A stretch of 64,000 nucleotides of DNA from Rhizodiscina lignyota (lineage: Eukaryota), in the NCBI GenBank assembly GCA_010015805.1, contig ML978129.1, forward strand, positions 806,001-870,000, in the 5' to 3' direction. The notes under the pieces were generated by a model. The model ran no database searches, had not been told where the DNA came from, and worked only from the letters and a program-made list of their open reading frames with translations. Position 1 is the stretch's first letter. Every line of letters starts with the position of its first letter. The position numbers and the translations under genes were made by a program. Below are positions 23,890 through 36,905 of this stretch, one piece after another.

Positions 23890-25515
23890 CTAAAATGCCT
23901 CCTTAGCCGTCCCATCTCGCCCTAATCTTTGAACAAGCTGTGCGGCTCTTTCCACTGTCTGAGGATCACCCTTCTTGCCATCATCCGCAACTCGCTCGAG
24001 GATGTGCCGTGCTCGTGCTCGCTGGGCCGGAGTAGCACCACAGTATGCAACGACTGTCGTTGGAAGCGAAACTTGGAGTTTCGCATGATGATTGGGTTGG
24101 TCGGCAATGAAAGAAGCACATGATAAGACCCGCTCGGAATGCTGCCAGTGCTTCTCCTTCAAAGGATCAGAATTCTCGGGCGAAATGAAACCGAGAATTC
24201 CAATGAGCTTCACGAGCGCACCGTTGTAGAGCGTGACTATCACAGCTCCGATCCGGTACACTTCTTTGTAGGAAGACCCATAGTCCATAAAATCGCGCGG
24301 CGGGCAATATTCCATATCGTATTGGCTGCGGTGTTGACACCACCATTCGTCGAGCGCAGTGATCCCAGATTGAACAATTGAAATTCGCTCTTCAAGGGTG
24401 GCTGAATCATCTCCTCGGGCAGTACTCGGTTCTATTTCCGCCCATGGCACTTCAATCAAGATGCCCATTAGTTTGTCGAAAGATGTCTTTCGTGATTTCT
24501 CGAATGGTATATCAACCCAATCTCCAGAGCTTAGAAATGTCGGCTTTGGAGCCACGAAACATGTTAAGGCCTAGTATATGTTATTCGATCAGAATCCAGA
24601 TTTAGAGATGATTATACGTACCACCCCAAAGCGCACAATCTGGAATATCTGGTGTATAAAGCCTTCTTGGCAAGCTTCGGGCCCAAGGCCATTAAGCAAG
24701 CTGGCCGCTCCAGCGATGTGAAGAAACCATGAGTTTGTATCAGACGGTAGTACCAATTCGTACGAGCAGAGCAGCATCGCCGCCGAAATCAGAACCCTGA
24801 TGTATTCAAGTCGACGTTGCTCATTCCAGTGCTTGGCTTTGCTTTGCAAACGAAGAAGTTGCCGGCCTTGATACGAGAGTCCGCGTCCATAACATCGCCG
24901 TGCTTCTTCTTGGATAGCATTGTCTGCGGTGATCATGCCAAAGAAGGCCAGCGTCGCACTAGATGCAGCAGTCCTCACCAATGGTTCGAGTTCGGGAGGA
25001 CATGACTGATGGGGCAGCTCGAGCAACCAAGGCGTGGGCTGTGATGGATCCACATGGAGGTTCGAGAAGTCTTCAATAAATAGGGAGAGGAGCTGCGCTT
25101 GGTTACTCTTCGCCAGGTCAATTTGTACGCTCGGCATACCCCTCCGGTTGTTTATCACGTCGCTCAATGAGGCACGAGGAGGTAAAAATGCCGAAGAAGT
25201 GTCATACGGGCCGGCGATCTGTCTTCCTCCGTAGGATTTTCCGTATGATGCTCCGTCGGGCTGTACTTGGGGAAGTGCTGCTGCATTGATAAAGATGAGG
25301 TCCGTAATGGCACCTGGACATTTTCTTTTCGCGCGAGTACACTGTCCGCATTCCGGAAGTTGCTCATCGCACTACGCCGAGAAGTTAATGGCCGCAGCGA
25401 GGATAATGCAAGCTTATAAAGTAAATGCATTACGGGGAGTACTCTCATAGGCTCTCACCTTGATCTTCCGACTTTTGCAGGTAGCACAACCCCTACGGCT
25501 CAACTCTCTGGGCAT
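23890..25515 (-). CDS. Zn2Cys6 transcription factor
   Basis: MPRELSRRGCATCKSRKIK | intron | CDEQLPECGQCTRAKRKC; middle region AAMLLCSYE...WFLHIAGA..L...GPE; intron ~24571-24620; final exon KPTFLSSGDWVDIPF. Confidence 0.85.
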
Positions 25516-26395
25516 CTCGATCTAGCGACCCCTCTCATATCGAAACGGTGTCAAGAGGCGATAGTTATGAAGTTATCTGAAGCAAAAGCCTCAAAGCTTC
25601 ACAGTCGCCACAATTTCAGTAAGACTTCCAGTGGCGTTTTCGTCCATGAGTTGATGACATGCCAGACGATCAGGCTGCTTACATAATGAGCGGGTTAAAC
25701 CCACGAGCTGTCAAAAACTTATATGAAAGTGGATATGAGGAAGCGCATAATGTATTGTCGTGGCTTAAAAGTTATTCTTCTAAAGGGAGAACGGAATTCT
25801 ATCTCGCATCTACCAATATTTGGATTGTGATGGTTCAACCCATTTCATTTGATACCGTCCAAACAATAGCATACAACGAAACTGTGATAAACACTTGCCG
25901 GAGATAAATTACATTTCATGAAACATGTACAGACCAACCGCAGCATTCTCTGGGGAAAGCACAATGCTCTTCTCCATTACTGCGATCTCAATCTGGAGCA
26001 AATAGAGCACTTTTAGGCAAAGGCGCTATCCAAGCTGAAACAATCCCGCTTGCTTCATCGGAGGAGAAGTACACTGCATAAGCAGACAAAACCAGTTATC
26101 AGCCTCGAACGCCGAGCGTGTTCTCAGAGCCATTTGGTTTGCTGCCTTCGTGGGGTGGATAGCGCAGGCCACTCAGATTCTCTACCGGTCCAAGGGCTCC
26201 ATCTTGCACTCGGGACTGTCGGGAAGTTAACCAATCGCATCTGTTCCATGGGACGCTTCTGTGTTTTTGGCACTTAAGTCTTGTTCTCATGCCATGGCAG
26301 AGAACGCGTAGTCCGATCGGATTGCTCCTTGCCCCTGTGTGGAAGTTTTCATATCATATGATGATCCACAGATACTATGCTCTACAACGAGAAGA

Positions 26396-28385
26396 TCATG
26401 TAGGCAGTATTGGCAGATCCTTTACGGGCGATGCATTGTCAACATCTATATGAGCCTTTTGCATTTGTGCAGCGACTCGCTCCAGTCCACGGCCTACGAC
26501 ACTAAGATGGCTCCAAGGCCGCAGGGAATTGAAGGCTTTCCGAATATGCGTCTCGTTTCGAGTCGCCGGGATGAACCCAAGACCTGGAGCTCGGTATGTG
26601 ATGAGCAACATACACATTGTCGCATAGGATCTATGAGGAGGTATGTTAGCTCGTGATCAATGAACCACATGTTTAGATGACGGGGAAGGCGTACGCCCAT
26701 ATCGCAAAATTAAATCCCAAATGCCGTTGCATAAGGAGCTCCTCAACAGCTTCACAGCACAAGACGCAGTTATCAATGCAGTCTTGTGCTTCTTGTTGTA
26801 CGCTGCGTAAATGTTCGCCAACTTGCAGATGCTCATGTGCCCTAGTCGCCTTCGTCTCGAGGAACTGCAAAACAGATGGCCAGTAGATGACTGTGTGCAT
26901 AGCCAGATACTGAAAGCGCAAAAATGATTTGCGGAGGTCGAAAAGTGGAGATGCGTTGACGGGAAAGCGAACCGGCACCGGAAGGTGCTCATACCACTCG
27001 AGGGCTTGTTTTTTCAGCTCTGCGGCGACAACTGGAGCATAGATTACTTGCCCAACACGGTACCCAACGACGTCCAGCACATCTGCGAGGAGTTTCCGTA
27101 GACTCGCTTGTGCAAAGAAGTAGAAGAAGCCATCTTCTTCCTCCACATCTGTAAATGGCAGTGGAACAACTTCGTGAAACTGCCTTAGGCCGATCGGATG
27201 CGTCTTCAGGACTGCCTCGAGCTCGTGCAGCAAGACGCTACACGTCCAGAAAACGCGATGAAAGCCTTCTTTTTGCTTGGTGGGCATATGATCAAGCCAC
27301 CCAGAGCTTAAAAGATGCATGAGATCCCTCGCTAACTCTGACACAGCGTCGAAGGCTAGGACTGGTCTTGGACATAGCAAAAAATAGCATGCGCGGAGGA
27401 ACCGACATTGCATGACAATGATGCTGCGCCTGGTCTTAGGCTTGATTTGTTCCAGAATTTGACACCCTCGCCGGAAGTAATGAAGACCCAGATACTGATC
27501 AATGCTTGGATCCAAGGGAGGACTGGAATTTTGCGCATCTGACATTTCTGCAATAGCAAAAGCGAGCATTGTCAGGCACGTCGAAGCATCGTCATTATTG
27601 TAATCTGACGCCTGGGCGGCTTTGCAGTGTTCTACAAAGACATCGACGTCGAGGACAGGATGCCAGTGAAGAAAGTTCAGAACAAATGCTTGTTGCAGAT
27701 GCCAGGCTGTCCTCGCACTTGGATGAACTGGCTGCGACATGTATGACTCCATCACATCGTTGAGATGTTCTTCAGCAGTGAGCTCTTCATTATAGAACCA
27801 GCTTGTATCATCCCAGCTCTCGTAGCTGATGTAGTACGGACTATGGAAGCTGATGATGGAGGGCCGCGCCGTGACTGCCTCGCCTGCTGTTTGCCGGAAA
27901 GAGAATTCGTGACTCGGGACGGCGACTACTTGTTGATAATAGTTGCGCCATGCCGAATATGATCGAGAGCGAGCGGCATATGGTACTGAGACATCGTTTG
28001 ATGCTGCCTTGTGAGAACCCGGCGTATTCGCTGACTCGGAGCGGGCCACATGCAAAGAATCCTCCAGCCTTGCTAGTCTTTCTTCGATTCGCGTCAAGAT
28101 ATCGGTAGCAGCGGATTGCCTGAGACCTGCATTAGCCATAAAGGTTTCACACTTTACCATATCATGTGACGTATACCGTTCTGTTGGATTCTGCTGCCGG
28201 TAGACGCATTCGATCCCAGCTTCCGTGCAAAAGCCACATGGTCTCTTCGCATCACATCGCGTCTTGCGAAGCCTACAAACCTCACAGGCGACCGCAACTC
28301 GTTTTCGAGGATACGACCGCGCGGGATTCAATGCAAGCTCCAGCTCTTCTCCTTCGCCCTCGCCGTTGCTCCTTTTTTCCGGCAT
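26396..28385 (-). CDS. Zn2Cys6 transcription factor with fungal-specific TF domain
   Basis: ACEVCRLRKTRCDAKRPCGFCTEAGIEC; HRVFWTC. Terminal intron ~26631-26693 joins the exon SYATMCMLLITYR...LPT*. Confidence 0.9.
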
Positions 28386-29524
28386 CGCTCCTTGATATCA
28401 TACGTTCATCCCTGGCGATGTGGCTGTCGCAAGGTTGAATCACTCCAGTCGTAGAACTGTTCACCATAACCGACCAGACTGCGTGCAACATTCATCTTCA
28501 GGGATGAGTTAAAGTCGCATGGCCAAGGCAAAGGTAATATTCTAGCCCGCACTCTACTCACTCCGTAGGTCATTGACCAAGTCCCCTCCCCGGACTGGGG
28601 AAGCACTAGCCCAAAACGGGCAAGCGTGAACGGAAACATCGCGGCAGACGGAAGAACGAGGCCTCATTTCCGCAGACCTTCAGGTTTCAGTCGATCTTTA
28701 TAGCTACAGTTAAATCATGTAAGCGGTTTACATTATTTCCTCTCTTCTTTCAGCGACTCTCGACTTCAGCCGATACTCTGAGCCATGCAGGCGGTACATA
28801 GTATGGTCACACACGGTTGCGGGCGTCCCTCCTGCTCCGCGTCTTTATTCTACTAAAGAATCGAATATTCTCATAAGCATTCGCGCGGACTCAGTTTCGT
28901 CTTGCGTTATCATAGGATGAGTAAACTCCATTTAGCACGCTATCATGACCTTCAATCCCATCCTTGACGCACTTCTAGCCCTCCGGCTCATTTTGTAGTT
29001 TTCGCTCTGGAAATTACCAGTGGCTGTTGTTACTCTCTTGTACTCCCATACATCTCTATCAGTCAGTTTCACAAGCGGTTAAGCACCGCAACTCCCAGCC
29101 CCTTGTAATTTGAGGGAAATATCCACGGGAGGACTGGCTTTGAGCAACACAGGCCCTAGAGGCGACAAAAGTGGTGAATGGGTGGCACGGGGTTACGAAG
29201 GCGAGCACTAGGACTGCAAAGTCATCAATATCGAGAGCGATCATTCGACATAGAAGTCTGAATTTAGGACTTTCTAAAGGACATAATCATATCGTCAACT
29301 TCGTTGCTTGCTAGGTTTCACTTTGCCAGTTGTATTCCAAACGCCCCAGAAAATGAAGCTCAGATCGAAGTTCGCCGCCTTTCAATCGTATCCTTCCACT
29401 CTTGAAATGTCGAACGTCTTGAATCAAGCGTGAGCAGGTTGAAGTCTGCGGTCTCGCCGTCATCGTTGCCGTCCACTATTCTCACCCGTGAGCATGAAGC
29501 CTTATAAGTCAAGTCGGCAAGGCT

Positions 29525-29889
29525 CTAGCGGCCAGTGAAGTCTCGAGTAGCATCGTCCGCGGTATCGCCAGCGAGCTTGCCAAGTGGGTTTTGAAGAGCA
29601 CCACCGCCAGCATTGGAGATACCTTTCTTGAGATCCTTGAGCTCCTGCTGATCGCCTTCGGGGATCTTGGAGATTTGATCTGCAGCAAGGGTTAAATGGA
29701 TGATCGTTGAAGGTAATTATACAACATACCTTTCATGAGGTACGAAGCTTTGTTCTCGCCCATTGTCTTGAGTGCCTTTTCTTCCATCTCGCGCTTGAGT
29801 TCCGGTGGGATGCCGAAGAAGTAGACATAGGCCGCAACCAAGGCTATGATCCCAGCAAGGACCGAGACGACGATGGTGGTGGTGTTCAT
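29525..29889 (-). CDS. Small hypothetical protein with a single N-terminal transmembrane segment
   Basis: MNTTTIVVSVLAGIIALVAAYVYFFGIPPELKREMEEKALKTMGENKASYLMK | intron ~29680-29729 | DQISKIPEGDQQELKDLKKG...DFTGR*. Confidence 0.8.
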
Positions 29890-30705
29890 CTTGAAGTTGA
29901 GGTCGAATTGAATGCTTTCCGAGGTGAATGTATCGAGGTACACGAATAATTGAGAGGTTTGCAGGTTTTCGACTGAGTATTCCAGGGAAGCGGGAGGTTT
30001 TATTGTGGACGGCAAACTTGATATTGGCGTTTGCATGTGCCTTTGAGCCATGACATCAGCGCTGCGAAAGCGCGACGGGCTGGTGGAGCACGAACCATTC
30101 CAAACACGCACTGGCTCCTGGCCTAAGGAGCCGTTTTCTGGAGCTCAAACGTGCCAATAATGTGTCAAATGTGGGGGCCACAACTCAGGGTCTCCCTCGC
30201 TACGTAGCTGTCGAAAGACGACGCGGCCGCGGGTGCGATTCAGCTGCCAGCGAACTTTACCATACTCGCATGCGCTGTCGGGCTGCCTTGGAGCACAAGG
30301 CAATTCCTTCGAATCTTCTTCTGCCTTCCAACCCCTTTTCGCGCCTCGCTGCTGTGGAGAGTCGCAGCCATAGTGTTCGTGGAAAGCACAGCCTTGCCAT
30401 GCTCAGCCGCATCGCAACTTCGCCCAAACCGACGTAGCCCAATCTCCGTCGCCTGCGACCTTCAATCCTCTCAGCCTCACAGCCAAAGCTACCTGACCAC
30501 TATAACTTTGAACACATTTCCCTCTTGCTCTTCCATTCTGCATTCCCTACCAATCTCGACATTGTCCGCTTCTTGCGGGTATATCTCGCGTCCGTCCTAC
30601 CAGGCAACCCCTCAGTGCCTCGCGCCCTACTGTTACGACGTTACAGGTGCTTCTACGTGTAACTTAACCGCACCACTTCTTTAAAGCTCCGGATCCGCTG
30701 CCAAG

Positions 30706-32227
30706 ATGAGTTGTAAGTTGGGACGTCCTACTTGCATGACGCACAATCAATCTAACTTCCGGACAGTGGCAAGCATGATGAATCGGCTGCACGGCCAACC
30801 CGACAGCTATGATAAGAAGTGCGCTTCCCTCATCTCCAACCCTCAATTGACATCCTCCAACCAAGCTATAGGTCTAAATATCGGTTCGGAAAGACCTTGG
30901 GCGCAGGCACATACGGCATAGTTCGGGAAGCAGATTGTCCTGATGGAAAGGTTGCTGTCAAAATAATCCTCAAGAAGAATGTCAAGGGGAACGAGCAGAT
31001 GGTGTACGACGAGATGGAGATGCTACAGAAGATGAAGCATCCTCACATCGTCAAGTTCCACGAGTGGTTCGAGTCAAAGGTATGGGAGTTGGCTGCGTTG
31101 AAAGTAGCCACGGCTAATTGGCGAAATTCAGGACAAGTATTACATTGTCACCGAACTTGCGACGGGCGGAGAACTGTTCGATCGTATTTGCGAGCGTGGC
31201 AAGTTCACAGAGAAGGATGCGGCCGAGACGATTCGACAAGTACTAGATGCCGTCAACTACCTCCACTCCAAGAACGTCGTCCATCGAGGTATGACACTCA
31301 ATTGTCGGTCATTGTACAAAAGCAGCACTGATATTTGACAGATCTCAAGCCAGAAAACCTTCTCTACGTTACACCTGACCCAGATTCCCCACTTGTTCTC
31401 GCCGACTTTGGTATCGCGAAGATGCTCGACTCCAATGAGGTCCTCACAACAATGGCGGGATCGTTTGGTTATGCTGCCCCAGAAGTCATGCTCAAGCGTG
31501 GGCATGGTAAACCTGTTGATATATGGTCTCTAGGCGTCATCACATACACCTTACTATGTGGCTACTCTCCCTTCCGCAGCGAAAATCTCCAAGACCTCAT
31601 TGAGGAATGCAAGGACCCCCGCAACCCAGTCTTCCACCCACGATACTGGAACGACGTGAGCGATGATGCTAAAGACTTCATCCGCAAACTGCTCCAAGTC
31701 GACCCGAAGAAGCGACCAACTAGCGACGTTCGTAACTATATTGATTCTCTCGGGGTCCATATCAGAGGCTAACGCATACACCATAGGAAGCTCTGCAGCA
31801 CATCTGGTTGACAGGAACAACCGCCTCCAACCACGATCTCCTTCCAGAGATTCGTGCATACGCAGCGAAGCAACGCCTCAAGCGCGGTATCGAGCTTGTC
31901 AAGCTCGCAAACCGCATCGAGGCGCTGAAGATGCAAGAGGATGAAGAGGAAGTCGTCCCAGGAGAGGCCGATGTGCCGGCAAGTGCCCTTGAAGCCGCCG
32001 GCGAGTCCCTGGCCGCTCACCGACAACCCCAGTCAAGTCATGGTCTGGAAGTGCCTGGAGCCAGGCCAGACACCACACGTCCCAGGAGCCTCAGCAGGCT
32101 CGCGAGAGGCGCAATCTTCCGAGAAGTTGTGCTTGCGAAGGTGCGAGACATGAAGGAGCAGCAGGAGAGGGAGAAGTTTGAGCAGGCGGCCACGATGAGG
32201 AGCGAGAGCAGGAGCGGAAGTAAGTGA
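30706..32227 (+). CDS. cmkA: Ca2+/calmodulin-dependent protein kinase
   Basis: [57 protein letters not shown]-terminal calmodulin-binding helix [17 protein letters not shown]; about 5 introns. Confidence 0.93.
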
Positions 32228-32758
32228 ATGTTTCTCGAGACTGGAGAAGTAAGGCATTCAAGACGGCGAACGGCAATTTCGTGTGGCGATGGGCTTTTCA
32301 AAAGGATTCACGGGTTTTGCTTAACTCAGTCTTGTTCTTGTTTTTGCTTGCGTCGATGCGATGCGCGGAGGGTTTGATGGGTAACGGTTGCAAACGCACC
32401 GCCTGTGGAAAATACCTTTTCAGCGATACCCTGGAACATACAATACCATGAATGCGGCCAAGATAATAAATAAGCGCCTTTTCTTTCACACTATCGACGA
32501 TTTGTGTTTGTGCAACGTTTGACGCGCTTAGTTTCGGCTGGCAAGAGCCGACTTTTTCGGTGGAGTCCGTGCGCAGGCGCTCCCAGCAATTCAACACCTC
32601 ACAACAGGGTGCAGCAGCAAGGAGACGCGCATCGCATCGAAAAAGTGTCCGCGCAACAATCGAACTTCGACATCTCTACGCAAGGCGAGCCAGACGACCA
32701 CTTGCACGCGCGTGCAATTTTCGAGCGACTGCAGGTGCACTTCCCAACAACCGCCGCG

Positions 32759-35287
32759 ATGAGTGACGGCAAGCGAAAGGCCGGCGTAGCCATGTCGCCC
32801 GACGGCGATCCTCGCGCCTTAAAGAGGCAGCGCAATATGGTGAGTGTGCATTGCGTGCATCAGTGTCGTTGACTTCCTTCGCGATGGGGATGAGGAGGGG
32901 TGAAGCAGAGCGACGCGCGCGCGGACGTGATGGGTATGCTAGACCTTGCGCGCGTTAGGTTCGATGGCAACGTCCTCCGCCTCGAACAGCAGCTCGAACC
33001 CACTCTGAACCGTCTGCAGCGACGTTCGACGGCCCGAACACGCATAACTTCGGCGAAAATGTCGCGCAAAAGGCGCGATATGGCGCAGAAACACACCGCT
33101 AACTTTGCTTCTTTCACTCTCTACAGAATGGCGAGCCTGAATTCGAGAGCCCCGAGCGGACGACGCAGGCGGGACTGCAGTTCCTCACTGCCTTGAAGCA
33201 GGCCAAGGACAAAACGTACGTTGACTTCACAAACACTCACAGAGCCATTGAGATTTTCAAAGCGCAATCCAAATCTACTACCAAATCGAGCTGACATTAG
33301 TGGTCACAGTGGACGACCGATCGCAACTGACTTCCTCTCCCTACCCGACCCTGCCCAGGTCCCTCAATACTACGAGGAAGTGCGCCTTCCAATAGCCCTA
33401 GATACGATCGAGGGCAAGCTGTTACGCCATGAATATGCCACAATCACTGCACTCGAGAGCGACGTCAAACGCATGGTTGCCAATGCCAAATTCTTCAATG
33501 ACAAGCGCTCCGTCATCTACGAAGACGCAGAGCGTATTCGCAAGACGGCCAGCAACTGGATGGTCAAGAACAATCCTGCCTATCGGGACCCAAACTACGT
33601 GGCACAACCGACTCCAGTTCCAGGCGGTGTGATCAATGGAAACCAAAGTGGTGGAGCGATGAATGGTGGAAGCGGATTTGGTACACCAACGCCGCAAGCC
33701 CAAAGAGAGGCACCACCGGTGCGATTGAACATCACACACAAACGCAAGAGCATGACGCCTGCACTTCCACCGAAGACTGAAACCGAGGCCAGCAAGGACT
33801 TTGCTGGAAAGTCATTCTCGGAAGCGCAGGACATCCTAATGCAGGAGATGATGAAGTATCAAGAACCAGGGTGCGTTTATATCCATATAGTTGGCTGTTG
33901 ACAGTTACTGATGATTACCAGTGGCGACTTGGAGATTTTCTATCCCTTCGTTAACCTGCCTCCGAGGAGCCTCACCGATTACTACCAGCTGATTCAGAAG
34001 CCGGTCTCTCTCAAAAGCGTACAGAAGAGAGCGAGAGGCATCCATGGCAGGAATGAAGCGACCGGCATGTCGGACTTTACAAGCTGGGCTGCGTTTGAAG
34101 AGGAGGTCAGCTATATCTGGAAGAATGCTCGCGAGTACAACGAAGACAACAGCGACATGTACAGACTGGCTGGAGATTTCGAGAAGGTTTTCAAGAAGCG
34201 TGTCGCTGAAGCTAAAGCGGTCGTGGAGGAGCCACATCAACCCACACTGAAGATCAAGATGTCCGCTCCGTCGAATCCTTCTATCAAGCTTCGACTTGGC
34301 CCAAGTGCCAAGGACAGCCCTGGACCGCAGTCTGCTCGCGCAACTCCAGATAGTCGAGGAACTCCGGGTGTCATTGTTGACGCGGATGCTCTGCAGCGTC
34401 AGAGGGCACATGTGTCTGCTGGTGTCAATGGTACGCGCCCACCTTCTGCTGGCGCACCGGCGACGGGTGTCCGCAATCCGTTCAGCGGCTCTCGTTCTGG
34501 CTCCGCTGCAGCTATTCCGCCACTCGCACCGCGGACGTCAGAAGGTGCTAGGAGCGCTTCCGCGGGCTCGCCCCCTGTTATGACGAATGGCGTCAAGAGC
34601 GAGAGCCAACCTGGTCCCGCGGCCATGCCTCCACCCACTCTTGCTCAAAGACCACCCAGCGGAAGCCCACTTCCTCAAGCACAAGCACCACCAGTACTTA
34701 CACATAGCCAATCCTCGTACACTCAGTCGTTCTATAACCCGCCTCCTGCTCCAACAGGTATGGAAAGCAGGTATCGTCCTCCTGGCAAAGGTATGATTGA
34801 TTGCTATCACACAAACGGTTGACTGTCTGATACTAACAACGCCATAGGTGCCAAAGATGCCCTTCTGCCACAACTTACCCTTCAATCTCACCCTCAACTC
34901 AATCTTTCGAAACCAGTCGTGGTTACTGTCCCCGCTTCGAACCGCACGACTCATCAGTCTCTCACGATCTCTCTTCCCAGCGCCCACAACATGCTGCAGA
35001 TCATTCCAAACATTCCGGTCGCGTCTACCAATCGCCCATACCGCATCTTCGTGACGGTCAACGGTCTGCGCGCGTCTGAAGTCGTCCGCCCTACCAGTGT
35101 CGGAGAACGAGACAAGACGAGACCTCTTTTTGAGGGACGGCTGGAGAGGGGCATCGTGAATCGGGTGGAGGTTGAGGTCCTTGCGGCGAAGGAGGGCTAT
35201 GGCCGGTCGACTGCTGTTGGCGGCAAGGATGGCAAGGACAGCGTTGAGTGGGAGAAGTGCACGGTTTTCGTGCATTTGCAGAAATAG
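32759..35287 (+). CDS. Tandem-bromodomain chromatin protein (RSC/polybromo-like)
   Basis: Bromodomain 1: FLSLPD..YYEEVRLPIALDTI..MVANAKFFN. Bromodomain 2: FVNLPP..DYYQLIQKPVSL..IWKNAREYN. Introns at ~32840-33127, ~33216-33309, ~33871-33920 and ~34791-34847. Confidence 0.85.
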
Positions 35288-35420
35288 GGCAGTTTGTTAT
35301 TTCTTCCAACAATGGTTTATCGGATGGATCTAGAGTGGCATTCCACGCAGTGTGGAATAATCATGGCTCTCATGCGGCGTTTTATACTGGTTGTTTCACT
35401 GGGTTTCCTTTATCGATGGT

Positions 35421-35466
35421 CTGGGACTGCATTACTGGGACTGCATTACTGGGACTACACTACTGG
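35421..35466. repeat. 14-bp tandem repeat (CTGGGACTGCATTA, about 3 copies)
   Basis: ctgggactgcatta ctgggactgcatta ctgggactacacta ctgg. Confidence 0.8.
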
Positions 35467-36428
35467 CGTTAGGACATATGACTGCCAGACCTCTACCCTC
35501 TGGCTGCTCGCGGTTGATCGTCCTCTCCCCGCGGGAGGGTCGATGATCCTGCTTGAATGGCCAGTGGGTAGAAGTACGTAGATACTACATGAACAGATGC
35601 GTAAAAAGTGTTCTTTGAATTGAATGTATCATAATCACGTGCGGCAGTTGCTCCTGGCACATGAATTAACGTTTCTCACTTTAAAGAAGGTGTCTTGAGC
35701 CTCAATAATAGATGTGCTAGCGCAACGCCGGCATATGAGCCCCATTCTACTCGTCTATTGCTCTTATACTTGGTATCGGGGGTGATAACGTAGTCGCCAT
35801 GCTGCTATAACGAGTCGAGCTGTTGAAATGCACGGGTAGTACAGTAAAGGTGTATTAAGCTTATTGAAGTTGTATAGTCTCGACAAACACTGGCAGAGGT
35901 ATACTGCACTCAACTTTCAACAGTGTGCTCACCTGAGCCGAAGAATGAAACTTGGCTGTGCTGCACGCTTTCGACGTCTACGCGTATCTGGGGAGCTATT
36001 TTGTCACGTTCGATGCGGTTGAGTACAAGCCTCTTAGAGCACATGGAAATAACCGTCTCCATGACCTGCGCACTTATGAAGACTACAGTGCCATTGACAA
36101 GGCAGAAGAATGTGGTATTCGTCTGAGGTGTTAGCGAAGGCCACAAAACTCCCAACATTAAATGCATCGACAGTATGGTGCCGTGGTTTGATGAGCAGGC
36201 TATTTGAGGCCATCCCCTGGACTCCACTGTCTCCGAAGCTGAAGAAGCTGCGTATATATTCATGCCCGTGGCCCTGTATGGCGGCATACAGCCGCATAAT
36301 CGACCCGTGTAATGGAGTCCTCGACTACATCCTCTACCTGGAGAGGACTGGCCTGCCGCCTGCGTGTCGACTGGGACTTCGCGGAGCTTCGGGATAATCA
36401 ATGGGCGAGTTTCCGTCGTAGCCTTCAA

Positions 36429-36905
36429 TTCAAGATGCAGAAGAGATGTGACGTAGAGACCTCTACAAGGACAAAGTATAGAAGCTTTTAAATGGTGCAC
36501 TGTTCTGAAAGACACTCCAAAGGACGTAGAACTAAACTTCCAGAGATAATCTCACTCACCTTGAAGTGCGAGAACTGCTTGCCCTTCAGCATTACAGCTT
36601 GTCCGGCGGCGACCTATTCTGTCACTCTTCATGAAAGCTCGATATTGTTCAACGCCATAGCAGATTACCAGTCTCGAGGATGACAAAAGAGTTAACCGCA
36701 GCTTTCAAGGTGCAGAAGAGACGTGACGTAGAGATATCTTTTGAGGATAGAGTATACAAGTTTTTCAATGGCGTACTGTTCTGAAATACACTCCAAGAAA
36801 CGGAGAACTAGACTTTCAGATGTAGTCTCACTTACCTTGAAGTGCAAGAACTACTTGCCTTTAAGCATTACAGCTTGCCCGGTAGACAGCTACTCCGTCA
36901 CCCTC
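36429..36905. repeat. Diverged direct duplication of about 200 bp (36429-36628 and 36704-36905)
   Basis: Shared blocks TGCAGAAGAGAYGTGACGTAGAGA, ACTGTTCTGAAA, CACTCCAA, ACCTTGAAGTGC and AGCATTACAGCTTG occur at about 275-bp spacing. Confidence 0.85.

Noticed and set aside
10611..28385. Secondary-metabolite gene cluster (TFs, SDR, reductase, FMO nearby)
   Set aside because: No PKS, NRPS, terpene synthase or RiPP precursor, and housekeeping genes are interspersed.
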